This document shows, piece by piece, positions 39,780 through 50,665 of a stretch of DNA of 56,348 nt. Source of the DNA: Actinomycetes bacterium. Its GTDB lineage: Bacteria; Actinomycetota; Thermoleophilia; BMS3ABIN01. Position 1 is the first letter of the stretch. Every line of letters starts with the position of its first letter. Where the stretch lies: positions 1 to 56,348 of the forward strand of contig JAJRYJ010000064.1 of NCBI GenBank assembly GCA_024275795.1. The letters are read 5' to 3'. Both the position numbers and the translations under genes were made by a program. The notes below the pieces were generated by a model. That model was not told where the DNA came from and did no database searches. It saw only the letters and a program-made list of their open reading frames with translations.

Positions 39780-40709
39780 GTGATGGCCGCCATTCATGGG
39801 ATTCGTTCAAACCGCGGGCTGCGCATCGGCGCAGTACTGGTATTCGCAGTCCTGCTGCTGGCGCTGCTCGCCTGGCTGGCGCTGCCGCGCGTCCAGTCCG
39901 CCCGCGCCGGCTCCATGCTGGAGGAGGCCAACGGCCATATCGCCGACGCCAACGCCTCCCTGGAGCAGCTTGATTTCGACCTGCTCTCCATCGAGGGCTT
40001 CACCTCGCTTGACGGCATCACGAAGGCCGGGCAGTCGCTGTCCGGCGCCGGTGAGCTGATCCAGGCGAGCGCCGCTGATATCAGCGAGGCCTCCGCCGTG
40101 GTGGAATCCGCCTCCGGCCTGCGTCTGCTGCCAGGGTGGTACAGGGAATACCTGGGCATCAAGCTGGAGATAGCGGGGTTGCGCGCTCAACAGCTCGAGA
40201 TCATGATGGACGCGTCCACGCGCCTTGAGGGGCTCTACGGGGCGGCGCCGCTGATATTCCAGTCCATGAGCGAGATGGACCGGATGCTGGGGCAGCTGGA
40301 GGCGGCCATCGCCATCACCCAGGATGACCCGCAGACAGCATCGGTCGAACTGTCGGACATTGCCGCATCCATGCGTTCCATACAGCAACAGCTCGACGAC
40401 CTGCACCAGCAGAGCGGCTTCGACCTGCTGGAAAACATGTCACGCAACGTGGCCGACAACGCCGCCCTGGCAGAAGCGGCGGGCGCCCTGGCCGACGCCG
40501 TCGCTTCCGGCGACCAGGGCCGTGTGCAGCAGCAGGCAGGGGTGCTCGAGCAACAGCTGCTGGACACCACCGTCGGCGTCGATTACCTGGACCTGTGGCT
40601 TAAGACGCAGCTTCGCCCCCTGAAGAAGGATTACGACGAGCTCCAGGAAAAGCAGGTGGAGCTGGATGCGCGGGCGGCCGCTCTCTACGAGGAGCATGCG
40701 GGCAGCTGA
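39780..40709 (+). CDS. Membrane-anchored all-helical hypothetical protein
   Basis: N-terminal TM, long amphipathic helices, host-like codon usage, directly follows the upstream stop. Confidence 0.65.
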   Translation: MMAAIHGIRSNRGLRIGAVLVFAVLLLALLAWLALPRVQSARAGSMLEEANGHIADANASLEQLDFDLLSIEGFTSLDGITKAGQSLSGAGELIQASAADISEASAVVESASGLRLLPGWYREYLGIKLEIAGLRAQQLEIMMDASTRLEGLYGAAPLIFQSMSEMDRMLGQLEAAIAITQDDPQTASVELSDIAASMRSIQQQLDDLHQQSGFDLLENMSRNVADNAALAEAAGALADAVASGDQGRVQQQAGVLEQQLLDTTVGVDYLDLWLKTQLRPLKKDYDELQEKQVELDARAAALYEEHAGS

Positions 40710-41665
40710 GACTCCAGCAGCCGTCGCGCCTCGCTGAAGCCGGCTGCGCGCCTGAGGCTGTCCCTCAGCTCTGCGTCCGGCCGGAAAGGCCGCAGGTACC
40801 AGCCATAGAACTTGCGCATGAAGCGCCCCGCCCTCTCCCCTCCCATCTCGGCCGCCAGGTCTTCGTGGAACCGTGACATCTCGGCGATTACCTCAACGGC
40901 GGGGCGTACGTGCGACTCCCTGCCCTGCAGCAGGTCACGGAACAGCCAGGGGTTGCCCAGAGCGGCCTGGCCCACCATAACCGCCGCACAGCCTGCCTCA
41001 AGCAGCCTGTCTACATCGGACGGCGACGAGACGTCGCCGCTGGCGAACACCGGCAGCTCAAGCTCCGCGGCCAGATGGGCGGTGAGCCCGTGGTCCGCCG
41101 CACCCTTGCGTCCCTGCTCCCCCAGGCGGGGATGGATACAGACCGCGGCCGCCCCCGCCGCCTCCAGCCTTCGGGCCAGCGACGGCGCCGTTACCGTACC
41201 GCGGGCGCCGGACCTGATCTTGGCGGTGACGGGAACGCTGACAGCCGCCACCATGGACTCGACGATGGAGGCCGCCAGGCGCTCGTCCTCCATCAGCGCC
41301 ACGCCGGCGCCGGTCTTGACCACTTTGCGCACGGGACAGCCCATGTTGATGTCGATGATGTCCGCCCCCGCCGCCTCGGCCAGCCGCGCCGCCTCGGCCA
41401 TGATATCCGGACGGCTGCCGAACAGCTGTACAGTCACGGGCCTCTCGGGAGGCTCTATCTCGAGCATCCGCAGCGTGCGCCGGTTACGATAGTGAATACC
41501 GTGGGAGCTGATCATCTCCGTCGCCGTCAGCCCCACCCCGTAGCGCCGCGCCTGCAACCTGAAGGCGCGTACGCTGATGCCCGCCAGGGGCGCCTGCAGC
41601 AGGCGGTTCTCCAGCTTGACGCCACCCAGAATCGTGGCGGTGCCGATATGTGAGTTCCCGGTCAT
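40685..41665 (-). CDS. dusB: tRNA-dihydrouridine synthase
   Basis: APLAGIS, TEMISS, QLFGS, DINMGCP (catalytic Cys), GAGVALM, VTAKIR; ATG 41665 preferred. Confidence 0.9.
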   Translation of the reverse strand: MTGNSHIGTATILGGVKLENRLLQAPLAGISVRAFRLQARRYGVGLTATEMISSHGIHYRNRRTLRMLEIEPPERPVTVQLFGSRPDIMAEAARLAEAAGADIIDINMGCPVRKVVKTGAGVALMEDERLAASIVESMVAAVSVPVTAKIRSGARGTVTAPSLARRLEAAGAAAVCIHPRLGEQGRKGAADHGLTAHLAAELELPVFASGDVSSPSDVDRLLEAGCAAVMVGQAALGNPWLFRDLLQGRESHVRPAVEVIAEMSRFHEDLAAEMGGERAGRFMRKFYGWYLRPFRPDAELRDSLRRAAGFSEARRLLESQLPACSS

Positions 41666-41684
41666 CGTGATACAATACTCCAAC
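41666..41684. promoter_or_regulatory. Overlapping divergent -10 boxes for two leaderless genes
   Basis: Plus: TGaTACAAT (41668-41676) 8 nt before ATG 41685. Minus: TATTGT (41677-41672) 6 nt before ATG 41665. Confidence 0.6.
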
Positions 41685-42473
41685 ATGGCTGATACGGTTC
41701 TTCAAACCAATAATCTCACCAAAGAGTTTACCAGGCTCAGGGGCCTTTCCTCCCCCCGTAACTTCTTCGACAAGATAACCTTCACTGCCGTCAGGGATGT
41801 GAACCTCTCCGTGAAGAGAGGGGAGATATTCGGCCTGCTGGGCCCCAACGGGGCCGGCAAGACGACCCTGACCAAGGTGCTGTGCACGCTGATACTGCCC
41901 AGCAGCGGCAGCGCCAGCGTCTGCGGCTTCGACCTGGCGCGCCAGCAGAGCAGGGTGAAGGCGTCCATCGCCCTCATCTCCAGCGAAGAGCGCAGTTTCT
42001 ACTGGCGCCTGTCGGGGCTGCGCAACCTGGAGTTCTTTGCCACCCTTTACGGCCTTTCCGGCAGGCAGGCCGCCGAACGCATCCCGGAGGTGCTTGAAGT
42101 CGTCGGCATGACCGAAGCCGCCGGCCGGCGTTTCCAGGAATACTCAACGGGGATGAAGCAGCGCATGGGCCTGGCGCGGGGGCTGCTGGCCGACCCGGAG
42201 ATCTTCTTCATGGACGAGCCGACCAAGGGACTGGACCCGCTGGCCGTCAAGGAACTGCACAGCCTCATCCGCAACCAGCTCACGGCCCAGGGCAAGACCG
42301 TGATCATGGCGACGCACCATCTGGCGGAGGCGGAACAGGTATGCGACCGTGTGGGCATCATGTCGAGGGGCAGCATGCGTGCGGTGGGCAGTGTACGCGA
42401 ACTGGCGGGCGACGACTCGCTGGCTGACTTCTTCCATTTCCTGGTCAAGGACGACCTCTCGATGGAGCACTGA
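41685..42473 (+). CDS. ABC-2 type exporter ATP-binding protein
   Basis: Start ATG 41685; GPNGAGKTT, YSTGMKQR, MDEPT, TH switch. Confidence 0.92.
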   Translation: MADTVLQTNNLTKEFTRLRGLSSPRNFFDKITFTAVRDVNLSVKRGEIFGLLGPNGAGKTTLTKVLCTLILPSSGSASVCGFDLARQQSRVKASIALISSEERSFYWRLSGLRNLEFFATLYGLSGRQAAERIPEVLEVVGMTEAAGRRFQEYSTGMKQRMGLARGLLADPEIFFMDEPTKGLDPLAVKELHSLIRNQLTAQGKTVIMATHHLAEAEQVCDRVGIMSRGSMRAVGSVRELAGDDSLADFFHFLVKDDLSMEH

Positions 42474-43288
42474 TGCTGAGAAAGCCGATGGCATTACTGA
42501 AGAAGGACTTCCTGCTGGAGATCAGCTACCGCTTCTCATTCTTCCTGCAGTTCGGCGGCATCTTCTTCTCGGTGGTGATGTTCTATTTCGTCTCCGTCCT
42601 CATCGGCGAGTCACCGACGGTGCAGAACAGCCTCAGCCGCTACGGCGGCGACTACTTCTCGTTCGTGCTCATCGGCATCGCCTTCTCCAATTTCCTCTCC
42701 GTGGGCCTGGGCAGCTTCTCCACGAACATCCGGGGCGAGCAGATGATGGGAACGATGGAGGCGATGCTGGTGACCCCAACGAGGCTGCCCACCATCATCA
42801 TCTCCTCTTCCCAGTGGAGTTTCGCTTTCACCTCCCTGAGGGTGGCCGTCTACCTGATCCTGGGCGCTATCTTCTTCGGCGTCGATTTCAGCAAAGCCGA
42901 CGTGCTGCCGGCGCTGGCGGCGCTGTTGCTGACGGTGATCGCCTTCAGCAGCCTCGGCATCATCTCCGCCAGCTTCATCATGATCTTCAAGCGCGGCGAC
43001 CCCATCGCCTGGGTGATCAGCACGTCATCAACCCTGGTGGGGGGCGTCTATTATCCGATCTCCATCCTGCCGGACTGGCTGCAGAGCTTCTCGTACCTGT
43101 TCCCGATCACCTATGCCCTGGACGCCATCCGCCTGGCCCTGTTGCAGGGGGAAGGCTATTCCAGCGCCGTGGGCAGGGACTTGACGGCACTGATAATCTT
43201 CTCACTGGTAACCCTCCCCATCAGCCTGCTGGTTTCCCGCTACGCCGTGGCCAGGGCCAAGAAGGACGGCAGTCTCGCCTACTATTAA
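42473..43288 (+). CDS. ABC-2 type permease
   Basis: Six TM segments, EQMMGTMEAMLVTP, GVYYPISILPDWLQ..SYLFPITY; TGATG coupling. Confidence 0.92.
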   Translation: MLRKPMALLKKDFLLEISYRFSFFLQFGGIFFSVVMFYFVSVLIGESPTVQNSLSRYGGDYFSFVLIGIAFSNFLSVGLGSFSTNIRGEQMMGTMEAMLVTPTRLPTIIISSSQWSFAFTSLRVAVYLILGAIFFGVDFSKADVLPALAALLLTVIAFSSLGIISASFIMIFKRGDPIAWVISTSSTLVGGVYYPISILPDWLQSFSYLFPITYALDAIRLALLQGEGYSSAVGRDLTALIIFSLVTLPISLLVSRYAVARAKKDGSLAYY

Positions 43289-43291
43289 GAT

Positions 43292-43376
43292 AGCGTAAAC
43301 TAAGCGTAACTCCAGGTTAAGTTTCTGTTGAATCTCCCGTGAACCCATTTATCAGGCGGACTTTGAGCATTACAAT
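43292..43376 (+). promoter_or_regulatory. Sigma-70-type promoter of the rpoN operon with upstream 11-bp periodic boxes
   Basis: TTTATC-N17-TACAAT (43348-43376); upstream AGCGTAAACTA/AGCGTAACTCC/AGGTTAAGTTT/CTGTTGAATCT. Confidence 0.5.
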
Positions 43377-43460
43377 CATATTGGAGGCTTTACCTGTCCG
43401 GCTCGGGATCCGGCGCGTGCATCCGGACTGCGGCAAATCGTACATCAACTGGAAGCTGTC

Positions 43461-44843
43461 ATGAAACTGAACCAGTCCACATCGTTGCGGCAACAGGTCT
43501 CCCTTTCCCCGAAGATGCTGCAGGGCCTGAGGGTGCTGAGGCTCAGCAGCCTGGAACTGCGCGACCTTATCCATGAACAGTTGCTGGAAAACCCGGCGCT
43601 GGAGCTGCCGGAGCCGTCGGGGGAGGAGCAACAGGATGTGGCTGCGGGCACGGAGGCACCGGCTGCGGCTGAGCGCGCCATCTGGGACGACTTCAGCCAT
43701 GCCAGACCGGAAGGTCCGCGTGGTGGCGCCGCCGGGAGCGAACGTCAGGACCCCATCGACCTGGCCGCCAGCCCCGAGACACTGGCGGACTACCTGGCGC
43801 TGCAGCTGGACCTGCAGGAACTGACGCCGCAACAGGTGCGCATCGGCGAGACCATCATCGGCAGCCTGGACGAGGACGGTTACCTGCGCGAGACCACGGC
43901 CAAGGTGGCCGAACTCACCGGATCCGAGGGAGCCGAGGTGGCAGCTGTGCTCGCCATCGTGCAGGGCTTCGACCCGCCGGGGGTGGCCGCCCGCGACCTG
44001 GCCGAGTGCCTGCTGAACCAGATGGACGAAGAAGCCGCCCGGGGGCTGCCGGGGCGGATCGTCCGCGAATGCCTGCCCCTGCTCGCCCGCGGCTCACATT
44101 GCCGCATAGCCGAACAGCTGTCGGCGACCAGCACCGAGGTCACCGAGGCCGTCTCGCTGATCAGGCGGCTCGACCCGGCGCCGGGAGCGGCCTTCGAACC
44201 ACGGCCGCCGGCGGCCGCCGTCATCCCGGATGTATTCATCAGGAAAGCCCACGGCGAACTGGCCGTACTGGCGAACAGGCAGGTGACCCCCTCCCTGTCC
44301 CTCAGCAAGGCCTGCGAACGCCTGGCGGAAAGGCCGGGCATCGATGCACGCGAGCGCAAGTATATCCGCGAGAAAATCGAGGGCGCCGCCGAGCTCATCA
44401 GGGAGATCGAACAGCGGCGGCTGACCCTTACCGCCGTGGCGCGGGCCATCGCCGACACCCAGCCCGAGTTCTTCGATTCGGGGCCGAGCCGGCTGCGCCC
44501 CGCCAGCCTCGATGACGTCGCCTCGTTGCTCGATGTGCACGCCTCCACCGTCAGCCGCGCCATCCAGGGGAAATACCTGAGCACCGCTTTCGGCATCTTC
44601 GAGTTCAAGTATTTCTTTCCCTCCGGCTGCGACACGGCGGACGGGCGCCGGCTGGCGGCGCCCGCCATCAAGCAGCAGCTCGGCGAGATGATCGGGGGCG
44701 AGGACAGGCGGAAACCCCTCTCGGATGAGAGGCTGTCACGGATGCTGAGCGAATCGGGCATCAACATCTCGCGACGCACCGTCGCCAAGTACCGCGAGGA
44801 GATGGGGCTGCCCGCCTCCTACCAGCGTAAGGAGCAGCGGTGA
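43461..44843 (+). CDS. rpoN: RNA polymerase sigma-54 factor
   Basis: Region I (Q/L-rich, LSSLEL...ENPALE), LDEDGYL, DPPGVAARDLAECL, HASTVSRA, RpoN box SRRTVAKYRE. Confidence 0.96.
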   Translation: MKLNQSTSLRQQVSLSPKMLQGLRVLRLSSLELRDLIHEQLLENPALELPEPSGEEQQDVAAGTEAPAAAERAIWDDFSHARPEGPRGGAAGSERQDPIDLAASPETLADYLALQLDLQELTPQQVRIGETIIGSLDEDGYLRETTAKVAELTGSEGAEVAAVLAIVQGFDPPGVAARDLAECLLNQMDEEAARGLPGRIVRECLPLLARGSHCRIAEQLSATSTEVTEAVSLIRRLDPAPGAAFEPRPPAAAVIPDVFIRKAHGELAVLANRQVTPSLSLSKACERLAERPGIDARERKYIREKIEGAAELIREIEQRRLTLTAVARAIADTQPEFFDSGPSRLRPASLDDVASLLDVHASTVSRAIQGKYLSTAFGIFEFKYFFPSGCDTADGRRLAAPAIKQQLGEMIGGEDRRKPLSDERLSRMLSESGINISRRTVAKYREEMGLPASYQRKEQR

Positions 44844-46364
44844 AGGGCCGGGGCGGGGGCACGCGGAAATGGCTGGGCGGCCGGGCGGAACAGGGCATCT
44901 CCGCCGGCCAGGTGCGCGATATCCTCATCGTCGTCATCAGCACCGCTTTCATCACCTACCTGCATTACAGGCCGCCGCACTACAGTTTCGTGCCGTCCGA
45001 GATCATGATCATCTATCGCAGGCTTTACTACCTGCCGATCTTCTATGCCGCCTTCCGCTTCGGCCTCAGGGGCGGACTGCTGACATCGCTTACCATCACG
45101 GCCCTGTTCACTCCTCATGCAGTCCAGTCCATGGGCGGCCTGTTCAAGGGAGCCGCCGTCGACAACTTCATCGACATCATCCTCTTCAACGTAGTGGCGC
45201 TGATCACCGGATCCCTGGTGGAAGCCAAGCGGCGCCAGACGGACCGCTACCACGAGGTGCTTGCCCTGAACCGCGAGATCGAGGAACGGGAGAGCGCCAT
45301 CCGGGGCATGAAAGCCTACACGGACAGCATCCTGCGCAGCATCAGCAGCGGCGTCATCTCCGTAGACCGCAGGGGGAACGTGGTTACCGTGAACCCGGAG
45401 GCGATACGCCTGATAGGCCGCTCCGAGGAGGACCTGGTGGCGTTTCCCCTCGAGCGGATATTCGAGGAACAACCTGCCCTGGTATCGTCGGCGCAACGGG
45501 TGCTGGCCAGCGACCAGCGGCGAGCCACCATGGAGATAGAGCTGGCATCAGAGGACAAGACCATGTCCGTCGCCGTCAGGGTGACACCCCACGTCAGCGG
45601 CGACAAGACGGTGGGCGTCGTCATCACCCTGGAGGACCTGACTGAGGTCAAGAACCTGACGGAACAGCTGATGCGTGCAGACAAGCTCACGGGGCTGGGG
45701 GAACTGGTGGCCGGCGTCGCCCACGAGGTGCGCAACCCCCTGGGTGTCATCCGGGCCAGCGTGCAGATGATCCAGCAGGAGACAGGCGCCAACGCCGACT
45801 CGGCGGAGCTGACACAGGTGATGCTGCAGGAGATAGACCGCCTTGACGCGCTGGTAAACGCCCTGCTGGAGTTCGGCCGGCCCTCCGAATCAAGGTTCAG
45901 GCAGCTGGATCCGGGCCAGACCCTGGAGGAAGTGGTGTTGCTGACACGCCAGTACGCGCGCCAGCAGGGTATAGACGTCCACCTGGCCACAAACAACAGA
46001 CTGCCGGTGATCCGGGCCGACGAGGACAGGCTGAAGCAGATCTTCGTCAACCTGATCACCAACGCCATCCAGGCGATGCCGGACGGAGGCGACCTGAGGA
46101 TAGAGACGTCCGTGGATGGCAGTTTTCTCAAGATCACCTTCAGCGACAGCGGCGTCGGCATCCCCGACGACGCCCTCAGCCGCATTTTCGACCCCTTCTA
46201 TACGACCCGGGTAGGCGGCAGCGGCCTCGGCCTGTCCATCATCCACCGCATTATCGATGCCCACAACGGTTATGTTAATGTTGAGAGTACCCGCGGCGTA
46301 GGCAGCAGGTTCACCGTGGGGTTCCCCCTGTTATCCAGCGAGGACACCAGCGAGGTGGGACTGA

Positions 46365-46372
<8 letters not shown>
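44840..46372 (+). CDS. PAS-domain sensor histidine kinase (NtrB/AtoS family)
   Basis: Four N-terminal TM segments (YYLPIFYAAFRFGLRGG), PAS, AGVAHEVRNPL, NLITNAIQAM, FDPFYTT, GSGLGL. Confidence 0.93.
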
Positions 46373-47717
<1,345 letters not shown>

Positions 47718-47808
47718 AACCGTGTCGAAACCGCTGTATCCTAAGTAAGAATCTCATGTATATCAACAAAGGCTCAACTTTCTCCGCACGTGAGCCGGGA
47801 ACAGGCTC

Positions 47809-49011
47809 ATGAAACGGATAGGACTCCTAAATCTGGCTGCGCAGAACCTCAAGCGCAAGCCCTTCCGCAGCATAGTCACCGTAGCCATCGTGGCCATCGC
47901 CGCCGGCACCCTGTTCTCGGCGACGCTCCTCATCAGCAGCGTCCAGCAGAGCCTCAAGGTGGGCATGAAGCGCCTGGGCGCCGACATCCTGGTCATCCCC
48001 GAAGGGGCTGAGGAGTCGAGCGAATCGGCCCTGATAACCGGGGTGCCAACAAGTTTCTACATGGATGAATCCGTACTGGACGAGGTCCGCTCCGTTCCCG
48101 GCGTCGACCAGGCCTCGCCCCAGCTTTTCATCGAATCCCTGATCTCCGCCGCCTGTTGCACGGGGCATGTGCAACTGGTGGGCTATGATCCGGATACGGA
48201 CTTCGCCGTCAGCCCCTGGCTGGAGGAGAACACCCAGGGTCCGCTGGGGGACAGCGATGTCGTCGTCGGCTCGCTGATTCTTGCAAATAAAGGCGAGACG
48301 GTTAAGTTCTATGGCCAGGACTTCAATGTCGTGGGGGTGATGGACGCCACCGGCATGGGCGCCGACGAGAGCGTCTTCATGCAGCTGGACACGGCATACC
48401 GCATGGCCGAGGAGTCGCAGCAGGATGCCCTCAGCGCCCTCGATGTGCAACGGGGCCAGATATCATCGGTGCTGGTAAGGGTGAATCCGGAGGTGACCAT
48501 CGACCAGGTGGCCCAGCGCATCAGCACAAACGTACCGGGGACGGTCGCGGTGACAGCCAACGAGATCAGCCGCTCCGTCACCGACAGGCTCTCGGGCTTC
48601 CTGCGTGGTTTCATAGTGCTGGATGTGATCGTCTGGGTGATGTCGCTGCTGACCATCGCCGCCATATTCTCCATGATCGTCAATGAGCGGCAACGCGAGA
48701 TCGGCCTGCTGCGGGCCATGGGCAGCAACCGCAACTACATCTTCAAGCTGATGCTGACGGAAGCCGTGCTGCTTACGGCGGCCGGCGGCCTGGCGGGCAT
48801 CCTTATCGGCGGCGCCACCCTGTTCATCTTCAAGGCCGTGATCACCGCCAGCCTGGGCGTACCCTACCTGTGGCCGCCGCTCTGGTACTTTGCCGTACTG
48901 GTGCTGGGCACCCTGCTGCTTTCCGTGCTCACCGGCGCCCTGGCGTCCCTGTATCCCGCTTTCAGCTCCAGCAGGCTGGAGCCCTACGCCGCAATCAGAC
49001 AGGGGGAATGA
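47809..49011 (+). CDS. MacB/FtsX-family ABC permease
   Basis: N-terminal TM, extracellular domain with a CC motif, NERQREIGLLRAMG, three C-terminal TM segments. Confidence 0.92.
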   Translation: MKRIGLLNLAAQNLKRKPFRSIVTVAIVAIAAGTLFSATLLISSVQQSLKVGMKRLGADILVIPEGAEESSESALITGVPTSFYMDESVLDEVRSVPGVDQASPQLFIESLISAACCTGHVQLVGYDPDTDFAVSPWLEENTQGPLGDSDVVVGSLILANKGETVKFYGQDFNVVGVMDATGMGADESVFMQLDTAYRMAEESQQDALSALDVQRGQISSVLVRVNPEVTIDQVAQRISTNVPGTVAVTANEISRSVTDRLSGFLRGFIVLDVIVWVMSLLTIAAIFSMIVNERQREIGLLRAMGSNRNYIFKLMLTEAVLLTAAGGLAGILIGGATLFIFKAVITASLGVPYLWPPLWYFAVLVLGTLLLSVLTGALASLYPAFSSSRLEPYAAIRQGE

Positions 49012-49015
49012 GCTC

Positions 49016-49702
49016 GTGGCCGACAGCATAATCTCACTGAAGGAGATCAGCAAGACCTACAAGGCCGGCCCCAACACTGTGCGCGCCGTCAATAAGGTCT
49101 CGCTGGAGATAGATCGGGGGCAGATGGTCTCCATCGTCGGCCATTCCGGCAGCGGCAAGACGACCCTGCTGAGCCTGATCGGCGGCCTCACAAAACCCAC
49201 CAGCGGCACGGTCAAACTGAACGATACCGATATCTGGACGCTTCCCGACAAGGAGCAGTCCCTGCTGCGCAACCGCCTGATCGGCTTCACATTCCAGTTC
49301 GCCAGCCTCATTCCCACGCTCAACGTCTTCGACAACATCAGGCTGCCGTCGACATTCGACGGAACAGCCTTGGTTTCGCCGGAGCGTGTCCAGGAGCTGA
49401 TGGACAAGGTCGGCCTCGGGGACCGCGGTCATTCCTATCCCTCAGAGCTTTCCGGCGGCGAACAGCGCCGGGTGGCCCTGGCCCGCACCATGATCAACGA
49501 GCCGCAGCTGATCCTCGCCGATGAGCCCACCGGCGACCTGGACGAGGACACGGAGGCCGAGATCCTGGCCATCTTCAGGCAGATCAACGAGGGCGGCGTC
49601 ACCATCCTGATCGTCACCCACTCGAAGGCGGTTGCTTCCCAGGCGTCCCAGACCCTGAAGATGCACAAGGGACACCTGACCGAGAACCTGGAAAATTCCT
49701 GA
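49016..49702 (+). CDS. MacB/LolD-family ABC ATP-binding protein
   Basis: GTG 49016 start; GHSGSGKTT, LSGGEQRRVALAR, ADEPTGDLD, VTH. Confidence 0.93.
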   Translation: MADSIISLKEISKTYKAGPNTVRAVNKVSLEIDRGQMVSIVGHSGSGKTTLLSLIGGLTKPTSGTVKLNDTDIWTLPDKEQSLLRNRLIGFTFQFASLIPTLNVFDNIRLPSTFDGTALVSPERVQELMDKVGLGDRGHSYPSELSGGEQRRVALARTMINEPQLILADEPTGDLDEDTEAEILAIFRQINEGGVTILIVTHSKAVASQASQTLKMHKGHLTENLENS

Positions 49703-49716
49703 AGGAGGATCAAGCC

Positions 49717-50034
49717 ATGCGCCGTCCAGTCATCCTGATTATCATCCTGCTGCTCCTCGCCACGCCCCTGCTGGCGCTCGGCGGCTGTGGAGAAGAAAAG
49801 GGCGCCATCAGCAAGGATACCTATGGACAGATCGAGCCGGGCATGACCATGGATGATGTGGATGCCATAGCCGGGCAGCCGGAACGCTCCCACAGCCTCG
49901 GCACGGCCCAGGACCCGCAGATCTTCTGGTACTACAACAAGACCGAGGGCGAGGGCTTCGTCCGCGTGGTCTTCGAGGGCGGCAAGGTCACTACCGTCTC
50001 ACCCTACGACGAGAGCATCACTCCCGAGAGCTGA
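49717..50034 (+). CDS. Small lipoprotein, BamE/SmpA- or BLIP-like fold
   Basis: AGGAGG RBS; lipobox LGGC; YGQIEPGMTMDDVDAIAGQP and W.Y pattern. Confidence 0.75.
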   Translation: MRRPVILIIILLLLATPLLALGGCGEEKGAISKDTYGQIEPGMTMDDVDAIAGQPERSHSLGTAQDPQIFWYYNKTEGEGFVRVVFEGGKVTTVSPYDESITPES

Positions 50035-50084
50035 CCGGCGGCCGCGGGGGCGTCTGCACGGGTCGCCGACTCCTCCCATGCAGA

Positions 50085-50111
50085 TGTAGCAAAACATACA
50101 CCTGCTGTAGC
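50085..50111 (+). promoter_or_regulatory. Candidate enhancer (UAS) for a sigma-54 activator
   Basis: TGT-N10-ACA at 50085-50100 and a second TGTAGC half-site 21 bp later, ~160-180 bp upstream of the predicted start site. Confidence 0.5.
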
Positions 50112-50238
50112 TTAACCACCGGCGGGCCCGTTCCATAAAGCGTATCACCGTCGGCGCCCCTGGTCGGACATGCGTCGAAAGCGCCTGATTCCCCCGATTC
50201 GGCTGAAAAAACCTCGTTTCCCCCGCCATTTCCCATTG

Positions 50239-50255
50239 TTGGCACGCCTCTTGCT
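50239..50255 (+). promoter_or_regulatory. Sigma-54 -24/-12 promoter
   Basis: TTGGCACGCCTCTTGCT matches TGGCACG-N4-TTGC exactly; intergenic, downstream of rpoN and its activator. Confidence 0.85.
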
Positions 50256-50265
50256 ACATACAGAG

Positions 50266-50361
50266 GTACAAGCCATCAATCCCTTTCTATCACCCTCTTT
50301 CAATGGTCTGGGAAGATGTGGCTTTCAGTTATGGCCTGCCCGCGACGGCGGGCAGGCCTTT
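50266..50361 (+). ncRNA. Candidate sigma-54-dependent small RNA (~96 nt)
   Basis: Bounded by the sigma-54 promoter and a terminator hairpin; 5' stem (AAGCCA/TGGCTT, TCCC/GGGA) with a CU-rich loop; no RBS-led ORF. Confidence 0.55.
50333..50361 (+). terminator. Intrinsic terminator-like hairpin
   Basis: GGCCTGCCCGC-GACG-GCGGGCAGGCC followed by TTT (short U-tract). Confidence 0.65.
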
Positions 50362-50443
50362 AAAACCAGGAAACAGCTCTTGATCCAATCTGAAACGGAT
50401 AAGCTGAAACAGTATCGCCGGCCGTATGGGGAGTTGAGATCAC

Positions 50444-50662
50444 ATGGATAATCACCAGTTACAGACAGGCCTCCATCAAGTGAACAGCCAGAGCCTCCTG
50501 GCGACAAGGGTCTGGGAGATGCTGCAGCGGACCATCAGCGTCCCGGATATAGCGTCCAATATAGCCAGTGAGTTCGGCATGACGCGGGACCGGGCACTCA
50601 GCCAGACCCGTCGTTGCCTGGAATATTTCAGCGACGTTGATTTTGACTGCCGCAGACTGTAA
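50444..50662 (+). CDS. PqqD/RRE-like small protein, possibly truncated
   Basis: ATRVWEMLQRTISVPDIASNIASEFGMTRDRA...CLEYF resembles the three-helix part of PqqD; GGGGAG RBS; N-terminal beta strands not evident. Confidence 0.45.
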   Translation: MDNHQLQTGLHQVNSQSLLATRVWEMLQRTISVPDIASNIASEFGMTRDRALSQTRRCLEYFSDVDFDCRRL

Positions 50663-50665
50663 ACC

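Noticed and set aside
50303-50383. 26-codon ORF MVWEDVAFSYGLPATAGRPLKPGNSS as a RiPP precursor
   Set aside because: Preceded by a CU-rich tract rather than an RBS, runs through the terminator hairpin, and no modifying enzyme is adjacent.
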